Shown here: positions 1 to 11,995 of the stretch, piece by piece | Numbering within the stretch: the stretch's first letter is position 1 | Layout of the letters: the number at the start of each line of letters is the position of its first letter | NCBI RefSeq assembly: GCF_018977255.1 | Contig: NW_024704742.1 | Coordinates: 81,036,001 to 81,100,000, forward strand | Length of the DNA stretch: 64,000 bases | Origin: Callorhinchus milii | Lineage: Eukaryota | Reading direction: 5' to 3' | Made by a program: the position numbers and the translations under genes | Notes under the pieces: model-generated | What the model was told of the DNA's origin: nothing | Seen by the model: only the letters and a program-made list of their open reading frames with translations | Databases searched by the model: none

Positions 1-170
1 CCTTTCATGATCTTGAAGACCTCTATCAGGTTCCCGCGTAACCTTCTCTGCTCTAATGGGAAAAGTCCTAACTTTTCCAGCCTGTCCTCATAGCTAAGCT
101 TCCCCATTCCTGGTATCATTCTTGTGAATCTCCTCTGCACCCTTTCCAGTGCCTTAATATCCTTCCTGAT
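1..170 (-). mobile_element. CR1 LINE ORF2 C-terminal fragment (continues beyond window start)
   Basis: 6 mismatches over 170 bp to 60447-60616, which encodes the CR1 '...LERVQRRFTRMIPG...LRGDL' region. Confidence 0.92.
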
Positions 171-262
171 AATCAATGTATGTGGAGAATGTAAGTGTAA
201 ATCCATCTTTGTTTCTTGAGAATTCAAAAACCCATGATTTTGATTGATTGATTAATTGAATC

Positions 263-692
263 ATTATAATAAACCTTGTATTTGATATAGCTTCATTCGC
301 AACATGTCACAGTGCTTCAGATTATTTACTGTAAAGTGTAGTGTGTTTATTTTTGTAGGTGACTGAAGCAGCCAATTTGCACACAACAATGCCTCCAAAC
401 AACCTTGAAGAGAATGATTAGTTTTATATGAGGGTTGTTGGTCAGGACACCTGGAGAAACTCCTTTTTCTTTTTAAACAATGCCATGGGATCTTTAATGT
501 CTACCTCAACAGGCAGATGGAGCTTCATCTTAACATCCTATCCAAAGGGTGACACCTCCAACAATGCAACACACCCACAATACATTTTTGGAGAGTCATC
601 TTTGACTGTGTGCATTCAAAAAACTGACAGAGGGCTTGAACCCACAACCTTCTGACTCTGAAGTGAGAGTGCTACCAAATGTGCCAGGCTGA
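263..692 (-). mobile_element. Deu-domain tRNA-derived SINE (SacSINE1/AmnSINE1-like), near full length
   Basis: Reverse strand has a tRNA-like head (tcagcctggcac...ggtagcactc...ggttcaagccc), the Deu core (aaagatcccatggcatt...ggtgtcctgacc) and an L2-like tail ending in (ATT)n. Confidence 0.85.
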
Positions 693-1917
693 TATGTAAG
701 GTAACAATCTCCCATTTTATCTTCATTTGCAATCACTTAATTTATTCATTTGGATAATTTAATCTGCTAAAATGTGACTGAATGTGTATCTGATTGAATG
801 TTAACATATGACTGGCATTTATGTTGCATAATAACTCTCAAAGCTTGCTAAGAATAAAAAATGTTTTCTTTAAAAAAAGTCTCCATTAATTGGATTTAAA
901 GATCGGTTATCAAAATAAATGTGAATTTGATCATGGTTCCAAATATTCTTTCTCTCATTAAGGATACTTTGAATAGGTTAAATGGGTACATTTTGTTTAA
1001 AAAGGGGAGAAAAATAAATTTATCACTGCCATACAAAAGATGGTCTCATATTCATATATGCTGTGCCATCTCGCACATAACTAATGGAATGGAGGATTGG
1101 TTCAGTGCACTGGATCATACCCAGTGGCATGTAGGGGAGACTTCACTTACATAGGACAAAGCAAAAGCTCATGAGAAGATAAACTGGCCCCTGAAATCTA
1201 TGCAAAAGATTTTAAGTCCATTTTCTAAGGGATATATATAGTGCTAAACACACGAAAAAGTTCATCTTATGACATTTTGCGTCAAAAAAGAAAGCCATGC
1301 AAGAACATGGCTAAACAAACAAAAAAGTTCATCTTATGACATTTTGGGTGCACTTGACACACATTTAGTGTAAAAATAGTAAACACAGGAATGTTGTAGA
1401 CCTAGATCTTGAAACATGAAGAACATTATATTACCAATTGCAGCCTTCATAGAAAATTTGTATAAATTCACTTCTGTCAGCTCCCATTTCACTTATAACC
1501 TTGAGTTTCATACCATTTAGCTTGTATTTGTGCAGCTGTCTAATAAGTATGTTCATGCATAATTTCAGCACTACATTCATTTTATTGTTTGCATTTGTGT
1601 AACAATTGAACAAATGGTAAACAAAACATTAGACTTTATTAAGGAATAGAGTACTGTGGAAATAGGAAGCTAGAAATGTCAAAGCCTGTTTTGTGTAAAT
1701 TTGTATAAATCCATTTTGTCGCTTGGGTTGAGTCTGCTAACTGCCTTTGGCCAGAAATTTATTGCAAGCAAGCCTTCACTGCTGCAGCTACATAAATATA
1801 TGTTACTAGCTGTACCCATTGCAGCTACACTTGGAACCAAAAGGTGCAATATGGAATGTAGACTTCAGTGATGCCATTCACAAATCATTTACTATGCCAT
1901 AAAGACTGTATGTACAC

Positions 1918-2174
1918 CTTACATGCCTTTCTGTGTCGAAGTCCAGTTGTGCTGTTGTTTGAGCGGGCAATTCATTTTGCCATGTTCTTGCATGCCTTTC
2001 TACATTGAAGTCCAGCAGTGCTGTTCTTTGAGCAAGCAATTCATTTTTCCTTGCTCTTGCTGTCCTTTCAGTATTGAAACCAAGCCGGGCTGTTCTTTGT
2101 CCTTCAGTTTCATTTAAACGTCCTTTTCTATTTTGTCTGGCAATTTTATTTGGCCTTGAAAGTCTTGATTTTCG
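1918..2174 (-). pseudogene. Helitron Rep/helicase N-terminus with about 3 copies of a 23-aa STPR-type repeat
   Basis: RKSRLSRPNKIARQNRKGRL-NETEGQRTARLGFNTERTARARK-NELLAQRTALLDFNVERHARTWQ-NELPAQTTAQLDFDTERHVR; 69-bp period (ttcatt at 1971, 2040, 2109). Confidence 0.72.
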
Positions 2175-2196
2175 CTAAGAAAATTTGCTATTGTGA

Positions 2197-2302
2197 GGAC
2201 TCATGTGGGAGGACTGAGTGGGAAGACTCATTGGGAGGATTCTTGTTGGCAGGACTCCTGTGGGAGGGACTCCTGGTTGGGAGGACTTCTGTTGGGGGGA
2301 CT
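2197..2302. repeat. Minisatellite of about 7 units of 13-16 bp (GGACTCCTGTGGGA-like) inside the Helitron
   Basis: Directly visible degenerate tandem units. Confidence 0.8.
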
Positions 2303-3351
2303 ATAGCTCCCATGACAACCCGAAAAAACTGGCATATATTTGTTGCAGAATATATTTGTATAGATGTATCTCTTTAGAAGGGTGTGTCTTTTCACCTGTC
2401 TCTACTTTATTACAGAATATCATGCATACCTCATATTTTGGGGCTTAATTAAAGCATTTTTAAAATATAGCTCATCAACGATAGGAGATCCCCAAACAAA
2501 AAAAATGCCCATGATACTCCCACTGCAAGACCTTTCCAATGAGTGTAAATCATGTCTCTACGCCAATCGGTGATTGTGTTACTGGTAGAAACACAGACAC
2601 ATAGACACACAAACGCAGACACTTCATCTTTATTAGTATAGATAAATAAATATAAATGGTTACAAAATGAAAATCCCATTACATTTTAAAGAAACTATAC
2701 AAAATGAACAACTAATGATTGAGGAGCCAATTTGCAACAAAATGTCAGTAGGAGTCTTTAATCTGGAAATAATCAGGTCATTTAAATTTTTTTAATTTCA
2801 GCGCATTGAATGATTAATTTCTAATTGCATCCTGTCATCACAGTCACCTTGTTTCGATTAACACTCTATCTCTTTGTTGGGGTTATTAATGTAAATATTC
2901 TGTACGTGTTGAGATTTTGTGCAAAGTGGAACGCCTTCGTTTTAAGCACATTTATGGTTTTGGGACTGAAATATAATTTAGAGCTGTATAATTTAGGGCA
3001 GCCTTGGTGATACGAAGTCTGTGACCTGAGTGATTTACTGAAACAAAAAGGCAGGAAAGAATCATGTTGGATCCTGGAGGAGGAACCTACTGATACATTG
3101 AAAGATTGAAAATGGAGGGGAAAAATATCATAGCGATACAATGGAAAGGGGAGGAGTTAGGAAAATATATGTAGGTATATTGATTGAATGTGTCAAATTC
3201 TAGATTAAGTTTTTAATTTTGAAGTTATTTTTCTGTGCCTTTTGAGAACAAAGTTAGAAATTGAATTCAATAATTTACCAAACTGTGCAATCTGGAATGT
3301 TACATTAATAACCCCAAGTGGAATTTCTAGCAGGTACCAGGAACTTCCTCC

Positions 3352-3462
3352 CTTCGCCCACAAATATACAGTCAACTCACTTTACAGTATATTCTGTGAA
3401 GTGCTTTGAGATGTCTAGTAGATGTGAAAAGCGATATTTCAAATGTAAGGAATATTATTATT
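3352..3462 (+). mobile_element. 5'-truncated SINE (3' tail only)
   Basis: ttcgcccacaaatatacagtc...gtgaaaagcgatatttcaaatgtaagg(att)n. Confidence 0.8.
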
Positions 3463-3515
3463 CCTGGTGGCCATACAGCTCAGCATCCCTTCCCACTGAG
3501 CAATCTCCAGGACAT

Positions 3516-3824
3516 GGAGTCCTGTAGCTTAGTGGTTAAAGCACTCGATTTGCAAGTGAAAGACCTGGTTTCGATTCCTGGCAGGGTGAAACCTTGGGCA
3601 AGTTTTCTTACTCTACATGCCTGATAATAATCCCTTAAAAAAAAACAATAATAAATTGGTCACTTCAATCCATGACTGTTTGTGAGACATTGCTGTGCGC
3701 AATTGGTTGCCACATTTCGTCTACAAATATACAGTCAATTCACTTTACAGTCTATTCTGTGAAGCACTTTAAGACGTTGAGAAGATGTGAAAAGCGCTAT
3801 ATCAAATGTAAGGATTATTATTAT
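3516..3824 (+). mobile_element. Young chimeric tRNA-SINE, short form (TGC loop)
   Basis: A-box tagcttagtgg, B-box gtttcgattcc; colinear with 14924-15228. Confidence 0.9.
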
Positions 3825-5214
3825 AGACTTCTGAAAATGTATTACTGCTTCTCAGTAAAAATTTTGAAGTAGATTGACTAATGGTGGGGTGTGAGTTTGA
3901 GAATCATTTGTTTGGTCAAAGAAATCTATAAACTGAGAAGCAGTGAAATACAATCTTATTCTTTAGCAAATGCAAAATTGGATCTTTCATTTGAATGTCA
4001 CAAAGTTCTAAATGTGTGAGTTAGCTCAGTTTCCCACCACCACCCTCCATAATTTCTTAAAAATTTCTACGTACTTAAACCTAATGCAAAAGAAAGAAGC
4101 ATTTACGTCAAACTGTTACACACGCTGCCGCTAACATTATGTCTACCCCAATTGCATTCTCCAAAGTAGAAGACGGTGCTTTCACTTTCAATCCAGAACT
4201 ATATTGATGGTTCTTTCTCACCAGGCTCTCGGTGTTAGCCTGACTCAATTGGTAGAATTCCCTGAGTCAAAAACTTATCGGTTCAAGGATACCAATTTCA
4301 ATTAACTCCGGACCCCCCTCAACTCAGTAGCCCAGACTATATTATCAAGCTCTTTGAGACACCCTCCCGAAGTGAAAGGTAATAAAATAAATGATAATGT
4401 ATCAGAAAATCTGGAGAATAATGCACACTTACCCCTTTCATTCGAAAATGGTGGCACAATGTCATAGACCATATGCAAATTAAACAGCACAGCTTTTTAC
4501 ACAATAAAAATAGGAAGTATATTACAGAAAATGTCTTTCAATTTTTTATTAAAAGATATTTGTAAGTGCTCATTATTTTTTTGTGGGAACACACAAAGTA
4601 TAAGCACAATTACTGGCTCCTCTACCATCACATTGGAGATGGGAGGCCTGAACTGAGTGTACACTTCTTTTGTAACACATCACCATCATTTATAGACATG
4701 AAGGTAAATTATTCCCTCAGTTCATCTTAACTTGATGTTTTCAGTCCTTTGGCTGTCAGTCACCATGGCAACAATTTCCAGTGACATTAAATCGTTTAGG
4801 ATTTTGCCTTGTTCACTTGTTCCCATCGATCCCAGCTTCATGTCCTTAAATAGGGAAAATAATTAACAGTTCAGGCCTAATTACATTTGCAACCTTATTG
4901 AAGCAAACATGATAAGTGGTTAAAAATAGGACTATGGAGTCAACACTTTAACCTGTGATGTTCTGTTAATGCTTGGCTTAGAGGGTAATTAATGCATGGA
5001 ACAGTTTGCCAGGATAGATGGCTGCAGCCAGGAAATTGGATTCATATAAAAAATTAGCTTGTTGGGGTTGGTAGTGTGGTATGGTCTGGAGGGATGAGAT
5101 CAGATGGGCCTAAGAAAAGGCCTTCTTCAGCTTGACCAATCTTGTGTCTATTTCTCTTTGGTCAGGTGAGTATCTAATACATTAATACATACATGAAAGA
5201 GGAGGGACGAGAAA

Positions 5215-5769
5215 TTCTGTCAGGACAGCGGTGGTCCTGGAGTCGAGGGTGGAGGCAGAGAGATCGAGTTGGGAGTCATCCACATGCATGTGGAAGTTGA
5301 CCCCATGTCTGTGGATGATGTCACCAAAACGGAGAATATGGATATTAAAAAGGAGGGGACCAAGGACAGAGCCCTGAGAAACGCCGCTCAAGATGGTGTG
5401 GGGGCTAGAGGAGAAACCATTTGTGATGATGAAGTGGAGATGGTGTGAGAGGTAGGATCGGAAACCATTCAAGGACAGAACCATGAAGCTTGAGGTGAGA
5501 GAAGAGGCGGTGAAGGAGGATAGAGTGGTCAACAGTATTGAAGGCAGCAGAGAGGTCAAGGAGGATGAGGGGGCAGAGGGAGCCCTGGTCACAGATGGAC
5601 AAAATGTCATCACTTTGACCAAAGCTGTTTCTGTGCTGTGGGCAGCACGGAAACCCGATTGGAGGGGTTTGTGAAGGGAGTGGTGGGGAGGAAGGAATGA
5701 AGGACCTTGGAAAGGGAGGTTGGCGATGGAGCGGTAATTTGAAAGCAGGGACGGTTCCAGGGAGGGCAT
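5215..5769 (-). mobile_element. L2 LINE reverse transcriptase fragment
   Basis: ORFs give QSGFRAAHSTETAL, LLDLSAAFNTVDH, GVSQGSVLGPLLF, HMHVDDSQL, with frameshifts. Confidence 0.9.
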
Positions 5770-5850
5770 TTGTAATGATAGGGGTGATGATGGCTATTTT
5801 TAAAATTTAGTTGATAAACATTGAAGTAAGTAAGTGTCTGAAATGCTGTA

Positions 5851-5921
5851 CTCTGTCCAGCGCCTTGGGACGTCTTCCCGATGTGAAAGGCATTATACAA
5901 ATGTAATCTTGTTGTTGTTGT
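5851..5921 (+). mobile_element. L2 3' tail
   Basis: gcgccttgggacgtcttcccgatgtgaaaggc...aaatgtaatc(ttg)n. Confidence 0.8.
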
Positions 5922-6025
5922 AAAGGGGACCATTCCATACCCTAATAACCTTCTCAACAAAGACATTCTTTACAATCTCTGCCCTTTAGAGTGATTTGTT
6001 CTGATTTGATTTCCAGTTTCCCCAG

Positions 6026-6091
6026 CTTTCCTCCTGAGCTACAACTTACTTCCTGTGGGACTGTTGGGAGAAGTTTTTAACACATGTCCAG
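6026..6091 (+). other. Candidate non-coding exon
   Basis: Acceptor ttccagtttccccag and consensus donor CAG|GTAAGT. Confidence 0.35.
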
Positions 6092-6576
6092 GTAAGTAAT
6101 TCACCACAGCAGGTTTGCTTTCATTGTTTATTGGATGGGGCAGAGGGAAGGTCACACACAATTACATCTTGGAGTGCTTTATAGGACGTTTTATAAGGCT
6201 ATAACATAACAAAAGAGATCAGAGACAGAAAGATGGTGCCATCCCCCACTCCCCTCCACGCACACACACACACACTTAAAAAACTCATTCCTCTGGAGGA
6301 GGCAGATCATAAATATAAAAACTGTTAAGTATATGAATGTAATGCATTTAGGAATTAGCACTGCCAAGACAAATTACATCTTGTTCCTATATTCATCGTC
6401 TTAATGATTTACAGAATGCTTAAGCTTGTCTGAAAGACATTTGCAGTTATGGTCCACAAGCAAATCATTGAGCATGGCAAGGCTGTATTAGTGATCACAA
6501 TCTTGCACAGCTATGCTTGCAAAAATTACGTATATAGTGCTGAGATACTGAAAATACATAATCTGTTTCTTCACAG

Positions 6577-6611
6577 ATCCAGAGGAATATAGTGGACTCT
6601 GCATGTTCCAG
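6577..6611 (+). other. Candidate 35-nt exon
   Basis: Acceptor tctgtttcttcacag and donor CAG|GTAAGA. Confidence 0.4.
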
Positions 6612-7622
6612 GTAAGACACTTGGCTAAAGCTCAGCAATGCCATCATTGCATTTGAGGTAGAACACTGAAACATTTGACAGCATCATCGCACATCACAGA
6701 TAACATCAGAGATAATTGCTGTCAAGTACAGAGTTTGTAAGTAAACACGGCAGTCAATTTGTACTAGCAGGGTCCCGCAAAACCTCCAGCAAGTGAATGA
6801 CCACTGTTTTGAAATTCCTTTCTCATTTCGAGTGGTATAAAGGTATCTATTCAACCTCAATTGAATGGATTATCTGAAGGACAGCACCTCTGTCAATGCA
6901 GTGCTCTCCTACCATTGACGTGTAGTCTCATCTTAGACTGTGAGCTCCTAATATAAATAGGCTTGGAGATGACGTTCAGGAAGGAGTCCAAGAAAACAGC
7001 TTGAAGGCAAGAACCAAAGAACTGTCTGAGAGTATTTATCACCCAACCAAAGGATTTAAGAAGATGCTTCAAAGAACAGAAGACTGTGTTTATAATTGCT
7101 CTATATAAGAGCCTAGAGCAATATCTCATTAACAGCAAGTATGTCTAAGTCGAAGAGTCTGAGTGGTAATGAATCCCCTCAGTTCTTGATTTTCATTACA
7201 TTTTTAAAAAGCTCTTTAAGAAAATGTGGTGCATTGCAGTGGCATGTAGTCAGTTTGTCAAACACTAATTTGCAACACTTAGCACTTCTCTATGGTATTT
7301 AGTGGACTAGTTTGTATATTGTGTCTCTTTTAGTTCCAGAAAGGCTAATTAATGCATCAATCATTGGGATTAACGCCTGCTCCTGACAATACATTTTAAA
7401 TGTTATCTCAAGCATAAATCTTCAAACCAAATTATTGGAGACTGAATCACATTGTTGCAATCCAGAAGTTGACTGACTTGACTGAACTCCGGAACAGTTA
7501 AAGCGATCAGTCCTTAATGACTCTGTTTTCATAAGGGTTTGTTTTTCCACGTATCTCGCTCTGTTTCCCATCCCTTTCACGTGTTAAGATTTGGAAATGA
7601 TAACCACTACAGTACTTCAGGT

Positions 7623-7992
7623 GGAGTCCTGTAGCTTAGTGGTTATAGCTTTTTCCTCGCAAACAAGGGGATCTGGGTTCGGTCCCAGCCAGGATGAAAC
7701 GTTAGGCAAATTTCCTTACTCCAAACTCCTTTATTTACCTAGCAGTAAGTAGGAACCTGGTTGTTAGTCAGTTGGTGGATCGCTTTCCTGGGGGTAATAA
7801 TTCCTTCCAAAAAATAATAATAATTTGGTCACTCAATCCATGACTGTTTGTGGGATACTGCTGTGCGCAATTGGCTGCTGCGTTTCACCCACAAAATATA
7901 CAGTTAATTCACTTTACAGTATATTCTGTGAAGCACTTTGAGACGTCTCGAAGACGTGATAAAGCACTGTATGAAATGCAATGATTATTATA
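7623..7992 (+). mobile_element. Chimeric tRNA-SINE, long form
   Basis: Same head and tail as the short form plus the extra segment tttacctagcagtaagtaggaacctggttgttagtcagttggtggatcgctttcctggg. Confidence 0.88.
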
Positions 7993-8111
7993 TATTCAAT
8001 ACAACGCAGTACTAAATACTAAGATGTGCATAAACAGCAGGTGAGTGGGTGACATTGTGGGGAGACATTTTCAGTCAAATTTCTTAAAAAATGTATTTTG
8101 GGATCGCTGTA

Positions 8112-8495
8112 GGTGTCAGCCTGGCTCAGTTTAAAGCACTCTTGTCTCTAACTCAGAAGGGTTCATGTGGCAAGTTGGGAATTGGAACTTCATAGTCAGG
8201 CTAACACTCCAGTGAGACATTGAACCAGGGTTCAATGTCTGTCAGTCCAGTTAAATATTAAAGTTCCCATGACACTATTCAAAAAGAGAAGGGAGATTTT
8301 CCTGGTGCCCTGGCCAAAATCCCCCAAATAATTCATTCATATCATATCTGTTTGTGGTACATTGCTGTGTGCAAACTAGCTGCCCCATCTGCCTACAAAT
8401 ACAGTCACTATACTTCACAGAAACCTCTGTGGCATGCCATAAAACATTTTTATGACATGATAAGGCACTATATCAAATGCAAGAATTATTATTAT
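8112..8495 (+). mobile_element. Deu-domain SINE
   Basis: gtgtcagcctggctcag head, aaagttcccatgacactattc core, L2-like tail. Confidence 0.82.
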
Positions 8496-10284
8496 CATCT
8501 CTTGAAATGCTGTTCAATTTGATCCAAGCCTGCTTTCATCTTTGAATATGTGTTGACTGTGTGAAGATGCTTTTGACTGTATTTGTTATATTTTTAATCT
8601 CTGAAGAAAGCTTGAATCTTAGTTAAAAAAAATTCAGATGCAGTTGCACTGCACCACACTACAAAAGTCTATTCGATGCATCACGACAAAGAAATGTTTG
8701 AAGTTCTTCCCTGGGGTCCAACATTTCAGCTGTTCTTCCACTTTAAGAGACAAGTGCTTTGAAGTGAATACCTTCATGGTTCTATTTCTCTGTTTCAACC
8801 CCAAAAATTGTGCCTATGTTTAAAAAGGCATCACTGCTTTACAGTATTTGTGAGAGCTTTGTTTCCTTCTTGACAAAATATTAACTCTTTTGCACAATAA
8901 GTTCCTGCAGAGATCCAGAGATTACTCTGTCTAAACCCCCCGACAAACAAATTGCCGATCATAAGAGGGAATAAGACACAATTTGATTGAATGGTGCTGT
9001 GAATGTTAATCGGTTCTGATCTCAACACACAAAGGAATAGGCTCCTCATCTCTATAAACATACATAGCCTCTTTCTTATGTTTCATGGTGTGCTTCTGAA
9101 TCACACAGCTCTTTAGATCCCCTTGAAGAAGTGCTTTTGTAAGGTACAACTAGTAATAATAACTCCAGGTGTACTCCAACTTCGTACTCTTGCCAACCTA
9201 CATCTAATAATCTCCAGAATTAGATAAGCAGGATGTAGCCTTCCAGGGAGAGAGTGCGCATTCCATTTCAGAAACTGGAATTTGCAAGTGTCGGTGGGAT
9301 CCATTTGAACATTCAGTTTTGTTTGCGTATTCAAAAACATGGTTATGCAGAACTCCCTTATTTTTGAATAGTGCGTTGGATCATTATTACCTACCTGAAG
9401 AACAGGCAAACATATATGTTCAGGAAAGTGTATATTTACAAATTGAATCTGATCCATGCATTCACCAGCAAGTAAGACTGCTCTTACTCATACAACACTG
9501 AAAGAGAGGATGTTTAGATATTAACCTTTGACATAGGCATGTTACCTTAGACGGATGCAATAGGCCAGTCAACACTGTGGAGGAGATACCATATCCAGCA
9601 GCACTGCTCCTTTGTTTGGCATGGGGTCATTTCCACAAAGGCATTAATCATCTGGAATGGTAACACTGTACATATCACATGTATCCTCCACTTGATTCAC
9701 TGTGCTCTGAGGATATAAAATGTTGGATTAAAAAGAGGGCAGAAGTTCTACTGTGAGAAGTATGTGGAAGTGTGCTGAAAATGCCTGCAGAGATGCAACA
9801 CACTGTAAAACCCAATCTAGTAGTAATAATAACCTTGGCATTTTTAGTGATATAGCAACTTACACTTTAGGAGGACATCTCAAAGCAGTTACTGTAAAGT
9901 AACTTTTACTTTATTTTGCAAACAAATGGGGTAGTGAATTTGCACGCAGTGATATAATCCTTGTTTTTGAAATAGCACCTTATCACGTCATTGATATATC
10001 TCAAAGAGCTTCAGAGAATTTACTGTGAAGTGTAGTGACTGTGTATTTGTAGCAATGGCTCACAAACAGCCATGAAGTGAAATTCCTTTCTCTTTTTGAA
10101 TACTGCCATCAGATCTTTACCACAGTAAGAAATTGATATTGATTTTATTTGGATTCTTTTGAGTGATGAAATACAAATGTTGCAAATTAGTTACTTCCTC
10201 TCCTCCATTTATCTTCCACTTCAAATTTGCTCCCATTCCCCATCTCCTGAAGACATTTTGACTCCTTTCTTTCCAACTAGAGCG

Positions 10285-10480
10285 TTAACCTGGCTTAGAT
10301 GTTAGCACTCTCTCCTCTGAGATAGATTCAATCCCTTTGTCAGGAATTGAACTCATGTAATCCAAGCTGATACTCCAATGTGGTGCGTGCAGTGTGTTGA
10401 TTTGTCAGAGGTGTCATCCTTCGCATGAGATGTTAAACTGAGGTCCTCTCTGCCTGTTGCGGTGGACATTAAAAATCCCT
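10285..10480 (+). mobile_element. Deu-domain SINE, 5' half
   Basis: gagatgttaaactgaggtcctctctgcctgttgcggtggacattaaaaatccc core. Confidence 0.75.
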
Positions 10481-11579
10481 ATCTACCAAACACAAGGATT
10501 ATCACTATTAACTCCTGGGACCCACTTTTTCTCTCCACTGTATCCTACGCAAAATGAGCTTGGACATTTACAACCTAGCTCCTGAAAGATGAAAGCACAA
10601 TACTACCTAGAATTTGGTACAAATTGGTGCTGAATCGTCTATCTTACTAAGGGATGTCTCGTGAGAGGAATGGAAAATATCGCACTCATGAAGTTGGGGT
10701 GGTGGGGAGATTAGAAAATCTACTTTATTCTACAACTCAGTTAGATTAATCAGATTGTGGGCGCCAAAAAAGAGAAGGGTTCCATTCCTAGCTATCATTC
10801 AACTATGAACAAGAAAATGAAAAACTGGATACACAGAAGGAATCAGAATGCACTTGCATTTCTAGCTTTACCCATAAGAGGGCACCAAAGAACTGGTAGA
10901 AATAATAATAATCTTTGCATTTAATATAGCACAGATCAGACAAACAACTCCAACCATGGTTCATGCAGGCTCAAGTGTTTTTACATTATTGTGATGCTTA
11001 AGACATTTGAAGGACGGATGGGGGTGGGGAGGTTGCCTGGCATGAAAATCCCAACATATCAAATGCCACATTTTTGCCCCCTTTCTTTTTTGTTTGGGTG
11101 AGGGGGGAGATGGGGGTGGGACAATGCTAAAAGATCAAATAGTAACAGCTTTGGATTGTGCAATACCAGGTTTGAAATTTAATCAATCTCTGACTGTGTG
11201 CTTTGCCTCCATCTGCAGGTGTGCTGTGGTAATTGGGATCAAAACCTTCAAAAGTTTCAAGAAATCAAACATTTTTAAAAATCGTCCATTTTTGCTTGTT
11301 TTTCCTTTTTTGTTTTCTTTATTATATCCTCCCTTCGACAGCTGAAAACACCCATGATTATTGCTGTCCCTCAGGCAATTGTGACGCTCAATTGGTTGTT
11401 TTTTACAGCAAGTGAATGGAGATAGTGAACACTGAGGTCCTTCTTCTGGCCATGTACTATTGAACTTACTAGGTGTTTCATACTGGCAAATTCCACAGTT
11501 GATATTTTTAGTGTGCGAAAAGCCAGCTGGCATTTTGAAGCAAGCCAGCTGGAGTTATGTGCATACTTCAGAGTTTTTT

Positions 11580-11995
11580 GTACGCAATTGGCTGCTGCGT
11601 TTCACCCACAAAATACACAGTCACTTTACAGTATATTCTGTGAAGCCCTTCACTAAAAATCATCCTAACTTGGTCAATCAATCCACGACTGTTTGTGGGA
11701 CACTGCTGTGATCAATTGGGTGCTACGTTTTGCCCTCAAAATACGCAGTCAATCCACTTTACAGTATATTCTGTGAAGTGTTTTGAACCATCTCGAAGAG
11801 GTGATTCGGCGCTATATCAAATGCAATCGTTATTATTATTATAGGATTTTACCTGGAAGTGTGGTGAATGTGTATTTGTAGGCAAATTTAACAGCCAAGT
11901 TGTACATAGCAACACCCCACAAACAGCAATAAAGTGAATGAACAATTGTATTTGGGGTATTGTGGGAGGGACATCAAGAGAAACTCCCTTCTCTG
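11580..11995. mobile_element. Cluster of SINE 3' fragments (two on +, one on -)
   Basis: Repeated caattggctgctgcgtttc..acaaaatac..cactttacagtatattctgtgaag, followed by a reversed Deu body. Confidence 0.7.

Larger units (their letters stand above)
1243..2642 (-). mobile_element. Decayed, internally deleted Helitron
   Basis: Minus strand begins A^TCTATACTAATAAAGATGAAG followed by a TGTG/TGTC tract; STPR repeats at 1918-2174; Pif1-like 'VLKLCMNILIRQLHKYKLNGMKLKV' in ORF 1431-1613. 3' end not defined. Confidence 0.72.
7445..9700 (+). pseudogene. Decayed BTB-BACK-Kelch (KLHL/KBTBD-like) pseudogene interrupted by two SINEs
   Basis: Colinear motif remnants: HIVAIQKLTDLTELRN..GFVFP..QYFR (one frame, 7445-7621); DPSLL/FEYVLT/ISEESL; QMQLHC..KCLKFF..FSC..LRDKCFE; ESFVS/LDKILTLLHNKFL; SVGG, KTW, AELPY, NIYV, VTLDGC, NTVE-RY..SFV; many stops and frameshifts. 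Confidence 0.55.

Noticed and set aside
1918..2302. Tandem repeats as a CRISPR-like array
   Set aside because: No unique spacers; a 69-bp coding repeat and a minisatellite explain them.
9113..9457. 114-aa minus-strand ORF
   Set aside because: No recognisable homology; it is antisense to the Kelch-like remnants.
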